NCBI RefSeq assembly: GCF_963921235.1
Contig: NC_086098.1
Span: 235,166,001-235,230,000, forward strand
Direction: 5' to 3'
Source of the DNA: Mobula hypostoma
Lineage: Eukaryota
DNA: 64,000 nucleotides
Below, in pieces: positions 36,560 through 49,521 of the stretch; within the stretch, counting starts at the first letter, position 1, and every line of letters starts with the position of its first letter. The translations under genes were made by a program, and so were the position numbers. The notes under the pieces were generated by a model. The model ran no database searches. It was not told the origin of the DNA and saw only the letters and a program-made list of their open reading frames with translations.

Positions 36560-39180
36560 TCCCAACAACTGGTGTAATTGCCACATGTAACAAGGTACAG
36601 TGAAAAGCTTGTCTTGTACATATAATAGTTAAGTTAAGTAAGTAGTACAAAAATGAAATAAATAAGTAGCGACGTAGACTTCGTGGGTTCAATGTCCATT
36701 CAGATATCCGATGGCAGACGGGAAGCAGCTGTTCCTGAATCGTTGAGTGTGTGTCTTCAGGCTTCTGTACCTCCTTACTGATGGTAGCAATGAGAACAAG
36801 GCATGACCTTGGTGATGGGGGTCCTTAATGATGGATGCCACCTTTTTGAGGCGTTGCTTATTGAAGATGTCCAGGGTACTACGGAGGCTGGTGCCCATGA
36901 TGGAGCTGACTAAGTTTACAACTCTCAGCAACTTATTTTGATCCTGTGCAGTAGCCCCCTACCCCCATACCAGACTGAGATGCACTCAGTTAGAAAGCTC
37001 TCCACAGTACATCTGTAAAAATTTGCAAGTGCATTTGGTGACATGCCAAACCTCAAACCCCTAATGAAATATAGCTGCTGTCTTGCCTTTTTGTACCTGC
37101 ATTGATATGTTGGGACCAGGATAGATCCTCAGTTATTGACACCCAGGAAGTTTAAATTGCTCACTCTTTCCATTTCTGATCCCTCTGAGAACTAGTGTGT
37201 GTGTTCCCTCGTCTTACCCTTTCTGAAGTCCACAATCTGTTCTTTGGTCTTACTGATGCTGAGTGCAAGGTTGTTGCTGTGACACCACTCAACTAGCTGA
37301 TAATCTTGCTGCTGTTTGCCCCCTCATCACTGTCTGAAATTCTGTTAATAGTTGTATCGTTAGTGAATATATAGATGGCATTTGAGCTGTGTAGCCACCC
37401 AGTCATGGATGTAGAGAGGGTGGAGCACTGGGCCAAGGACACATCCCTGAGGTGTGCCAGTCTTGATTGTCAGTGAGCTGGAGATGTTATTTCAGATCCA
37501 TACAAATTGTGATCTTCCAGATAGGAGGTTGAGCATCCAGTTGCAGAGGGAGGCCCAGCTTCAGGAGCTTTTCAATCAGAACTGTAGGAATGATTGCACT
37601 GATTGAGCTGTAGTCAGTCAACAGTATCCTGACATACGTATTTGTAGTGTCCAGGTGATCCAAGGTCGCGTGAAGAGTCAATGAGATCGCATCCGCTGTG
37701 GACCTCTTGAGGCCATAGGCAAATTGCGGTGGATCCAGGTCCTTGCCAAGACGAGTTAATTCTAGCTGTAGCCGACCTCCCAAAGCACTTCATCGCTGTA
37801 GATGTGAGTGCCATTGGGCGATAGTCATTAAGGCAGCTAATCCTGCTCTTCTTGGGCACTGGTATAATTGTTGCCCTTTTGAAGCAGGTGGGAACTTCTG
37901 ACTATAGCAATGAGAAATTGAAAATGTCTTTGAACACCTTTGTTACTGCAAGTGAGGCCAAGAAGTAGTGTTGGAGGAGCCTCAGGCCTTAAGATTGTGC
38001 AACAGGTCTGAGATGGTTGTTCCCTGTGAGGATGAGAGAGGGAGCTGTAGCAACCAAACCATGGCACTGTGGCTATTCAAAGGGGATGGGGAGAGAAGAG
38101 AAATGTAATTGTAATTGAATTGAATTGACTTTATTTCTTGCATCCTTCACATACACGAGGAGTAAAAATCTTTATGTTACGTCTCTGTCTAAATGTGTAA
38201 TGTGCAATCATAGTAATTTATAATAATTTACTAATAAATAGAATAGTCAATGTTCATCAGTCTGATGGCCTGGTGGAAGAAGCTGTCCCGGAACCTGTTG
38301 GTCCTGGCTTTTATGCTGTGGTACTGCTTCCGGGATAGTAGCAGCTGGAATAGATTGTGGTTGGGGTGACTCGGGTCCCCAATGATCTTACGGGCCCTTT
38401 TTACACACCTGTCCTTGTAAATGTCCTGAATCATGGGAAGTTCACAACTACAGATGCGCTGGGCTGTCCACACCACTCTCTGCAGAGTCCTGCAAATAAG
38501 GGTACAGTTCCCATACCAGGCAGTGATGCAGCCAGTCAGGATGCTCTCAGTTGTGCCCCTGTAGAAAGTTCTTAGGATTTGGGGGCCCATACCAAACTTC
38601 TTCAACCATCTGAGGTGAAAGAGGCGCTACTGTGTCTTTTTCACCACATAACTGGTGTGCAGACCACGTGAGGTCCTCGGTGATGTGGATGCTGAGGAGC
38701 TTGAAGCTACTCAACCCCAGATCCATTGATGCCAGTCTCCATTCCTCCTGTAATCCACAACCAGCTCCTTTGTTTTTGTGATGTTGAGGGAGAGGTTGTT
38801 TTCTTGACACCACTGTGTCAGAGAGATGACATCTTCCCTGTAGGCCACCTCGTTATTGTTTGAGATAAGGCTAATCAATATAGTGTCGTCGGCAAATTTA
38901 GTTAGCAGATTGGAGCTGTGGGTGGTGATACAGACAAGGCTATACAGGGAGTAAAGGAGGGGACTCAGTACACAGCCCTGAGGGGCTCCTGTATTGAGAG
39001 TCAGAGGGTTGGAGGTGAGGGAGCCCACTCTTACAACCTGTTGGCGATCTGACAGGAAGTCCAGGACCCAGCTGCAAAAGGCAGGGTCAAGACCGAGGTC
39101 TCTGTGCTTCTAGTCGAGCCTAGATGGAACTATGGTGTTGAATGCTGATCTGTAGTCCAAGAACAGCATTCTCACATAAG
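36560..39180 (-). mobile_element. Two Rex/Babar LINE copies (36560-37945 and 38115-39180), frameshifted
   Basis: [55 protein letters not shown]. Confidence 0.88.
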
Positions 39181-40046
39181 TATAGTCAGAGGAAATAGAC
39201 AAACTTCTCTGTTGCAATGACCAAGAGTCCTGAAGGCTGTTTTGCCTGCCTGGTGCCTGGGTTCAGGATACCTAATCTGACCCGCAGAGGAATTTGGATT
39301 GGGAGACAAAAGTTTTTAAATTTTTTTAATTCATTGAGATACAGCACAGGGTAGGACCTTTGAGCTATGCCATCTAACCACCTCCAATTTAACTTTAGAA
39401 TAATCATGGGACAATTTATAATGGCCAATCAACCTAGCAAGCGATATGCTTTTGGACTGTGGGTGAAAACCGGGGCAGCTGAAGAAATACATGTGGTCCT
39501 AGGGAGAATGTACAGACTCCTTACATACAGTGGTGGGAATCCAGTTGTCATGGCTTTACCAACAATACAGGTAGAAGCAAGGAAAGACGTTCTGCTGAGG
39601 GAATTTGAGCAGCCAGGGCCTAAATTAAAAAGCAGAACCAAAAAAAAGGTAATAACCCCTGGCATGTTACCTGACATGCAAAGTGGTCAATAAGAACAAG
39701 GAGTTAAATGATTGGTGTGGGAGAAGTAGATTTGAATGTGTTGGTATTATAAAAAAGATGTTTTAAACTTCATTCCTTGTTTTTTTCTGATTCAGAAGCA
39801 AGGTGTCTGCAAACAAAGGAAACATTCTACACTTGTTCAAGGTTATAAAAAGTCACTTTATCAGACAAAATGGTTTATGAAGTAGAAAAGAAGACAGAAT
39901 AATACTTAACAGCCAATTACTGAGCCATGCTACACAATATACTGCCGGAGGGAACTGCAGATACCCGAAAGCTTTTCCAGACTCTCTCTCAATTGATGTC
40001 CTTGTCTCTATCACGAGGACATCAGCGGATGCTGAAAATTCAAGCC

Positions 40047-40835
40047 ACACACACAAAATGCTGGTGGAACGCAGCAGGCCAGGCAGTATCTATAGGAAGA
40101 GGTACAGTCAATGTTTCAGGCTGAGACCCTTCGTCAGGACTAACTGGAAGAAGAGATAGTAAGAGATTTGAAAGCGGGAGGGGGAGATCCGAAATGATAG
40201 GAGAAGACAGGAGGGGGAGGGGTGACGCTAAGAACTGGAAAGTTGATTGGCAAAAGGGATACAAGGCTGGAGAAGGGAGAGGATTATGGCAACACTCACA
40301 ACACGCTGGAGGAACTCAGCAGGTCAGGCAGCATCCGTGGAAATGATCAGTCAATGTTTTGGGCTGAAACTCTTCATCAGGACTGAAGAGGGAAGGGGCA
40401 GAGGCACTATAAAGAAGGTGGGGGGAGGGAGGCCTAGGGAGAAAGAAAGGAGAAGGGGAGCACCAGAGGAAGATGGAGAGTAGGCAAGGAGTTATTGTGA
40501 GAGGGACAGAGACAGACAGAAAAAAAAGGGGGGGGGGGGAAATAAATAAATAAATAAATAAGGGATGGGGTTAGAAGGGGAGGAGGGGCATTAACGGAAG
40601 TTAGAGAAATCAATCTTCATGCCATCAGGTTGGAGGCTACCCACACGGAATATAAGATGTTGTTCCTCCAACCTGAGTGGCTTCATCTTGACAGTAGAGG
40701 AGGCCATGGATTGACATATCAGAATGGGAATGGGACGTGGAATTAAAATGTGTGGCCACTGGGAGACCCGCTTTCTTTGGTGGACAGAGCGTAGGTGTTC
40801 AGCAAAATGGTCTCCCAGTCTGCGTCAGGTCTCTA
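40047..40835 (-). mobile_element. Penelope-derived tandem terminal repeats with degenerate minimal hammerhead motifs
   Basis: cacacaaaatgctggaggaactcagcagg units. Minus strand gtcCTGACGAagggtctcagcctGAAAc at 40113-40140. Penelope C-terminal HLIFRVGSLQPDG near 40620-40665. Confidence 0.8.
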
Positions 40836-41874
40836 TCTCCAGCTCTTGGTACAAGTCGTATTCCAGCCTAAGAAAAGATTAGTCCGAGTAAGGATAGGCA
40901 CAAAGAAATTTCCCCTTATTATATCCTTCAAATATCTAGCATAACATTTACCCCAGAACTTTTCCATGCCCTAGTGGCACAAGCTTGTCATTTCTTATCT
41001 CTCATGACCTTTGGTCTAGGCCATAACTTAGAAAGAAAGACTGCAGGTCTATAAGGAGGAATACATTCTTCACTGGTATTTGACCACATTCCAAGCTGAC
41101 ACCATTTTGTCTTACACACGTTCATTTTGTTTTTGTTAGTATATACTAAAGATAAATCAAATTTAGCTCTTTTCTTATAGATATCAGCACCAGTTCTGGA
41201 AGGAGGGAGCTGTTCTGGTGGGATGGGTTCCACTAGAACAATACTGGGACCAGAGTCCTGGCGAATCACATAATTCAGAGCTGTGGATTGGAACTTAATC
41301 TGATTAGTAGGGGGTGGGTTTAACAGACAGGAGAGGTATGGATCGAGCAAAAGGGGAGTGCAGGAAAGGTTACTTAAGTTTCCAGAATTTAAAAAATGAC
41401 AGCGTTTAGAAAGGGATTAGAATTTAACTTCAGACAATATTGGGATAAATTTGAGAAGAGGGGTTGTGAATACAGGACTGAATGTGTTATATTTGAATGC
41501 ACACAGTATACAACACAAGATACGCTTAGAAATCGGCAGGTTTGACGTGGGCATCACAGAGCCATGATTGAAAGAAGATTGTAGTTCCCAACTTAACATC
41601 CAAGGATACACATTGTATCAAAGGGACAGGCAAATTGGCAGAGGATGTGGGGTGGCTTTTTGGTAAAAATTGAAGTCAAATCCTTAGCAAGATGTGACAT
41701 AGAATCAGAAGACACAGAACTCTTGCGGGTAGGGTTCAGAATCAGCTGGTCCCAGTCTCTACTCTCTTCCATATCCAGATCCCCTTTGAAGATGACAATC
41801 CATTCCTATCCTGGCAGAGCATTCCAGAACCTCGTCGGTCTCTCCTTTTCACATCCCAACAATACTTGTTTCCA

Positions 41875-42045
41875 TTGACCTGACAGGGAACTCAACAGTT
41901 CCAACAATGACCCTACAGGGAAATCAGTGGTTCCAACACCAACGCCACAGGGGGATTGGCGGTTCCAACACTGACCCCACAAGGAAAGAGTGGTTCTATT
42001 GCTGACCCCACAGGGAAAACTGTGGTTCTAACATTGGGCCCACAA
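41875..42045. repeat. ~33-bp degenerate tandem repeat, ~5 copies
   Basis: gaccccacagggaaa..gtggttccaacact units. Confidence 0.75.
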
Positions 42046-43721
42046 GTAATGCCATCACACACTGAAGAAAGTCTGTCCGTTTACTGTGCTGCTGCTATTA
42101 TTTCACTACTGCTGCCTGGCCATGGCCTTCCGGAAAGGGAAGGAGACACACATTCGGAGTGGGATACAGAGTTAATGTGACAAGTTTGTACATAGTTTGC
42201 TCGATGTAGCGAGGCCACAGGTTGTACAACAAATACATCAGGAGTAGCACAAGCATTGCTGCTCCACCTGGAATGGTGCCTCTAACGCAGAGAGAGAGAG
42301 AGATACTACAACTCAACACTTCCACAGTGAGATGTCTCAAAGTTAGGTTTGTTGTTGGTGGAAATGGAAAATTGGACTGGAGAGTTGCTGGGGTCTAGTG
42401 TCAAATACCAAAACATGATGTCAAGTGGAATGGCTACCTTACACATTGTCAAATGTGAGAGCACAGCAAAGCAGCTACCTGACACTGTCAGAGACCCCGG
42501 TTCAATTCCTACCACCAGTACTGCCTGTGTGGAGTTTGCACAAACTTCTTGTTATTATGTGGGCTTCACTGTACACCTCCGACTCCAGCAAGTTGCTGCG
42601 TCATTTGGTCACTGAGCAAGTAAGGGGCAGAATCTGTGGGAAACATTGTGGACAGAATAATGAAGTGGTATTAATGTAGAAATGGTGCATCTGATGGTCT
42701 GTCTGTGTGTTGTATCTGGTCTAAGTGGTTTAAATGGTCCGTCTGTGTGTTCCATCTGGTCTAAGTGTGCTGAACAGTCTGTTTGTGTGTTGCATCTGGT
42801 CTAGGTGGGCTGGATGGTTTGTCTGTGCTGAAAATGATTACAGTTGGATATGTTGGAAGTGGGGGCTGGTGGCAGTGTCTGAAGAATAGTGAAGGATATC
42901 AACTGCAAGACTGCAGATGTGGTAAACCTGTAGGTGCAGAAGGTGGTAGCATCAAAGCAGATGTACTGCTGAACCTACCTGACTTAAGCTGCTCAATGTA
43001 TCCTGGCTATATACATCACTGTCTGGAACAGCAGTTCAAGTGTGCAGGAACACATTAAGCTGCCCAAAACATCAAAGGCACGTCCCTCTCCACCATTGGT
43101 ATTATCTACAGGAGGCACTGCCTCAGGACAGGAGAATCCATTGTCAAAGGTTCCCACCATCTTGTGTGCAGCTACCGTCGAGCAGGAGGTACATAGGCCT
43201 GAAGTTTCACATCACCAGGTTCAGCCAACAGCTCCTTGCCTTCAACTATTCAGTTCCTGAACCAACCCCAATCACTTCCTTAGTAGATCAACACTGTGAC
43301 CATTTTGCGCTAAAGTGGAAGGTTTTTTTTGCTCTAATTGTTGTTTCTTGTGAAAATTGTGTCCATTTTGATTTTGCTTGTGAAAGTTGTTTACTAATGC
43401 TGTTGGAACTAAGGTTTCCATTGCAACTGTGCATTCGTGTGGCAATAAACTTGGCTGACTTTGGAGAAAGGAAGGTCATCCATTTATGATGGAGTGACTA
43501 TTCAAGACTACCTTCCCTTGGGAAGTCAGCCAAAGTAACCAAGGACCCCTCTGACCTACCTAGTCATTCTCTCTTCTCACACTTACATTTAAGAACACAT
43601 ACCACCAGACAGCCTCTGACCTGCTGTTATCAGTCCCTTGAACAGAGCTCTTTTAAAATAAAGTTAAACTCTATCCCCAATCTACCTCATTGTGACACGA
43701 TAATTCCCTGTTGGGAATTCC

Positions 43722-45699
43722 CTTGTGGCTGACAAGGGAAGTAATGGACAGTATAAAAATAAAAGAGAAGAAGTATAACATAGCAAAGACGAGTGGGAAG
43801 CCGGAGGATTGGGAAACTTTTAAAGAGCAACAGAAGGTAACTAAAAAGGCAATACGTGGAGAAAAAATGAGGTACAAAGGAAAACTAGCCAAGAATATAA
43901 AGGAGAATAGTAAAAGCTTCTTTAGGTATGTGAAAAGGAAAAAATAGTTAAGACCAAAATTGGGCCCTTGAAGACAGAAACGGGTGAATTTATTATGGGG
44001 AACAAGGAAATGGCAGACGAGTTGAACGGGTACTTTGGATCTCCCAGATATAATAGTGGCCAAAGGACCGAGGGTAATGGATGAACTGAAGGAAATTTAT
44101 ATTAGGCAGGAAATGGTCTTGGATAGACTGTTGGGTCTGAAGGCTGATAAGTCCCCAGGACCTGATGGTCTGCATCCCAGAGTACTTAAAGAGGTGGCTT
44201 TAGAAATCGTGGACGCATTGGTAATCATTTTCCAATGTTCTGTAGATTCAGGATCAGTTCCTGTGGATTGGAGGGTGGCTAATGTTGTCCCTCCCTTCAA
44301 GAAGGGAGGAAGAGAGAAAACATAGAATTATAGACCGGTTAGCCTGACGTCAGTGGTGGGAAAGATGCTGGAGTCAATTATAAAAGATGAAATTACGACA
44401 CATCTGGATAGGAGTAACAGGATCGGTCCGAGTCAGCATGGATTTACGAAGGGGAAATTGTGCTTGACTAATCTTCTGGAATTTTTTGAGGATGTAACTA
44501 TGAAAATGGACAAGGGAGAGCCAGTGGATATAGTGTACCTGGACTTTCAGAAAGCCTTTGATAAAGTCCCACATAGGAGATTAGTGGGCAAAATTAGGGC
44601 ACATGGTATTGGGGGCAGAGTACTGACATGGATTGAAAATTGGCTGGCTGACAGAAAACAAAGAGTAGCGATTAACGGGTCCCTTTCGGAATGGCAGGCG
44701 GTGACCAGTGGGGTTCCGCAGAGTTCAGTGCTGGGACCGCAGCTGTTTACAATATATATTAATGATTAGGTGAGGGAATTAAATGTAACATTTAGCAAAT
44801 TTGCCGATGACACAAAGCTGGGTGGCAGTGTGAAATGTGAGGAGGATGTTATGAGAATGCAGGGAGACTTGGACAGGCTGGGTGAGTGGGCAGATGCAGT
44901 TTAATGTGGATAAATGTGAGGTTATCCACTTTGGTGGTAGGAACAGGAAGGCAGATTATTATCTAAATGGAGTCAAGTTAGGAAAAGGGGAAGTACAATA
45001 AGATCTAGGTGTTCTTGTACATCAGGCACTGAAAGCAAGCATGCAAGTACAGCAGGCAGTGAAAAAAGCTAATGGCATGCTGGCCTTCATAACAAGGGGA
45101 ATTGAGTACAAGAGCAAAGAGGTCCTTCTGCAGCTGTACAGGGCCCTGGTGAGACCACACCTGGAGTACTGTGTGCAGTTTTGGTCTCCAAATTTGAGGA
45201 AGGATGTTCTTGCTATTGAGGGAGTGCAGCGTAGGTTCACAAGGTTAATTCCCGGGATGGCGGGACTGTCATATGTTGAAAGATTGGAGCGACTGGGCTT
45301 GTATACTCTGGAATTTAGAAGGCCGAGAGGGGATCTTATTGAAACATCTAAGATTATCAAGGGATTGGACACGCTGGAGGCAGGAAGCATGTTCCCACTG
45401 ATGGGTGAGTCCAGAACCAGAGGCCACAGTTTAAGAATTAGGGGTAGGCCATTTAGAATGGAGTTTTTCACCCAGAGAGTGGTGGATGTATGGAATGCTC
45501 TGCCCCAGAAGGCTGTGGAGGCCAAGTCTCTGGATGCTTTCAAGAAAGAGATGGATAGAGCTCTTAAAGATAGCGGAATCAAAGGTTATGGGGATAAGGA
45601 AGGAACTGGATACTGATTGTGGATGATCAGCCATGATCACAGTGAATGGCGGTGCTGGCTCGAAGGGCCAAATGGCCTACTCCTGCACCTATTGTCTAT
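43722..45699 (+). mobile_element. Relatively young 5'-truncated CR1 LINE
   Basis: Long near-consensus RT ORFs 44035-44769 and 45041-45616, 3' end cctactcctgcacctattgtctat. Confidence 0.95.
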
Positions 45700-46334
45700 A
45701 ATTTATACATACACTATCTGATGCAATGTGCCTACGATGCTGTTGCAAATAAGTTTTTCATTGTTTCCATGCCTAAACATTACTGGTATAATAGTATAAA
45801 TTGTTAATTTTTTTTGTATCTTATATCTTTGAGATGGCACTACTGAAGGCAAGCAACAGTTCAAAAGGCAACAAATTTGACTAAAACATTATTAATTACA
45901 CCTTTTTGAAGTAAATTGTGGTAAACTATCACCACAAAGGATGAAGAGGTGAGTGTAGGCAAAGCTGATTTCAGGGATGACCATGTTGGTTCGTTACAAA
46001 GTTGAAGTGTAAGGGTTCAGGGTGGGGTTGTAGACGGAAATGAAGTTGGATTGATTGAGTCAGAGAGGAGTTGAGGCGGAGGAGTTTGAATGCCTGTCCA
46101 CCTAACCCAGAGAATCGTTCTAACCACCGAGCCGATTCAGAGAGGTCAAGAACAGCTTCGGGCTGGGTGGCTAAGTCTAGGTCCAGAGCATATATATCTG
46201 TAGCGGGGCCTGGGTCCTAATGCAAGGCATTATCTGGTGTTTGGTCAATTTAAACAGTAGCCCAGGTAGACTGGAAAGGCAGGATGTTGGGACTGGAGGC
46301 AAAGTTTGGGCTGATTTTGTTCACTTTCCTGCTC

Positions 46335-47692
46335 TCCTGGCAGCGTGTGATACCCATCTGATTCAAGTAGGCTTCAAATGTACCGGTGCCCAAGAAGAGC
46401 ATGGTAACCTGTCTAAATAACTATTGCCCAGTGGCACTTACATTCACAGTGCTGAAGTGTTTTGAGGGGCTGGTGTTGAAGCATATCAGCTCCTGTCTGA
46501 GTGGTGACTTGGATCCACTCCAATTTTCCAACCAAGGCAACAGGTCTACAGCAGATGCTATCTCGCTGGCTCTTCACACAATCTTGGAACATCTACACAT
46601 CAAGAATGGTCTTCATCGATTACAGCTCAGCATTTAACACCATCCTCCCCTCAAAACTAAGCAGTAAACTCCAAGACCTGGGCCTCTACACCCTTTAGTG
46701 CAATTGGATCCTGGAATTCTTAGCTTGGAGACCCTAGTCAGTTCAGATTGGCACAAACACCTCCTCCACAATCTCCATCAGCACAGGAGCACGACAGTAT
46801 TTAGCCCTCTGCTCACTATGTGACTAAGTACAACTCCAACACCATGTACAAGTTTGCTGATGACATCACTGTTGTGAGCTGTATCAGAGGTGGTGATGAA
46901 TCAGCATACAGGAGGGGGATTGAAAAGTTGGCTGAGTGGTGTAATAACCTCTCACTCAATGTCAATAAGACCAAGGAGCTAATTGTAGACTTCAGGGGAG
47001 GGAAATCAGAGGTCCATGAGCCAGTACCCGTCGGAGAATCAGAGGTGGATAGAGTCAGTAACTTTAAATTCCTGAGTGTTACTATCTCCGAAGACCTGTC
47101 CTGGACCCATCATATAAATGTAATTGCAAAGAAAGCATGACAGCACCTCTACCTCCTCAGAAGTCTGTGGGAATTTGACATGCCATCAAAAACCTTGGCA
47201 AACTTCTATAGATATGTGGTGGAAAGTGTGCTGATTGGCTGCATAATGGTCTGGTATGGGAACACCAGTGCCTTTGAGTGGAAAATCCTACAAAAGATAG
47301 TGGATTCAGCCCAATACATCAAGAGTAAAACCTCCCAACTGTGAAACCTTGTCGGCAGAAAGCAGCATCCATTATCATAGGTCGTTATCAGTCCATGCTC
47401 TTTTCTCGCTGCTGCCATCAGGTAGAGGGTACAAGTGCCTCAGTACTCCCACCACCAGGTTCAAGAACAGTTACTACCCTCAACCATCAGGCTCTTGAAC
47501 AAAAGGGGTAACCACACTCATTTAAGGACTCTTTTGTCTTAGTTCATGCTCATTATTTATTGCTACTTATTGATATCTGCATTTATTTAGTTACTGTTCT
47601 ATAGATTGGCTAAGTATGCCTGCAGAAGAAGAATCACAGGATTGCATGTGGTACATGTATGTACTCTGATAATAAATTTTACTTTGAACTTT
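46335..47692 (+). mobile_element. Rex/Babar LINE, degraded
   Basis: [28 protein letters not shown], aataaa...ctttgaacttt tail. Confidence 0.88.
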
Positions 47693-49521
47693 GTCCACTC
47701 CTCCCTCCGTAATGCTAAGTTTGCCACACCGCTCTGGCTGCGGTGCTGTGTGTCTGCGAGCTTCGTGCGACTTGCCCCATTAATATGATGAACTGAGAGC
47801 GAGGTTTTGGGCCGGCTCTGATCTGCGGACTCAGTTTGGTTCAGAATGCTGATGCTTGCTTTCGTTGTCTGTATGGTTTGTGTCTTGAATTTCTTTGTGC
47901 ATTGGGTATTCGTATTTCTTTTTTGAATTGAGTTCTTTCAAGTTTCCTGCTTAATGCCTGCATATAAGCAGACAAATCTCAAGATTATATAACTTACACA
48001 TACTTTGAATCATGGGAGGCCATTTCTTGGCAGATGAAGGCCGGACTGAGTTCGAACTGTCGCTTTCCTTGATGTTCAGAGGATGTTTTTGAAATTCCAA
48101 GACATATGTGATTATCGGTGTGGACTGTAGTTTATATCGTTCTCCTTCAGTTTTTCTGCGTTTTCTTTTTTTGTTGCTGATCGGTGGTGGGTGATATTTT
48201 ATCTTTCTGGGTGAATGAGGGTATGTTATCTTTTTGGGTGAATGAGGGATGGGTGTTTGATGTTTTCTGTTGCTGTCGATTTTGTGTGGGAGGAGGTTTG
48301 GGGTTAGATGTTTTAGCTGTCGTGTCCGGGTAGGCAATCTATTAGTTTTGTGCGAAGGAGAGGTTTGGGGTTTGGAAGTTTTGTTTCATTTTCTTTTATG
48401 TGTGGTGGGCAGGGGGCCTCAACAATTTTCATAGTCTTTTCCCTGTATTTTAAGGCTATCTCAGAGTTGTATTCTGCATATGTATTTTAATAAAATGAAC
48501 TTTTGAAGTTCTTCATTGCCTCTGCATACATATACTAGGCATATGACAATCAATGTGACTTGACAATTTTCTGTATAAATTATATTGTTTTTCTTGTGTA
48601 CCTGCTGCCAGGTGCCTGTGACATTTCTGCACCTTGTGTATGTGACAATAAACTTGACTTTATATACCCAACATTTGCAGTCTGCAGACATCCCACCTCT
48701 CCCAGAAATTCCGTGAGTCTCCCGCATATATTGATAGTGGCTCCCTGACGCCCGCAAATTATATACAATATCCTGGAAATTGATTTTTTTTGAGGGGGTG
48801 GGGAGAGAGAGAGAGAGAAAAAATATTAGAATCCTGATTAGTCTCTCTTTGTGCTAAGTAGACCTATCGGTTTCTCTGTGGGTGGGCTTTACAGTTGACC
48901 TCTCTCTCTCTCTTGCATTGTCCATCAGTTCAGTTTAGTGTCCTGCAGCACCATGGCAGAGTGTTCCAAAAAAAAGAAAATATAAAACGTACTTCACCCC
49001 AGACTAAAGTGTACCCCTGCCTAACAGGGGTCAAAATAATGACAGTGTTGCTCGCTGCACTGTTTGCAACAGTGACTTTTCTGTTGCCCATGGTGGGTTA
49101 AATGACTGTAAAAGACATGTTGAGGTGAGTTTAACAGGTGTCATTCATTCATTAGCATAGCTAACGTTATTTAAGCTAGCTGGCTGGCTGCTAAGCAGCT
49201 ACGCTATTGATGTCCTACGTGATGAGGCTAAACTCCCTGTAGACTTGCTTAAAGTAACAGAATAAAAAAATGACTCCATGATAATATAATTGTGAATCTC
49301 GTGAATCTGATGTCTTGCAAAATTAACAAATTCATTGACACAGACTGGTATGAGGTGAGACTTCCGGCAAAATGTTCAAATCTGCCAAGCAAGCTCCATC
49401 ACAGTACAAGGAAAGTTTGCAAAAGAAATAGAAAAGCTATTTGCATTAGCATTTACCTATTAGAATTGAGACTGCCAGCAAAATACTCAACAAGGAATAT
49501 ATATGTATATACACACATACA

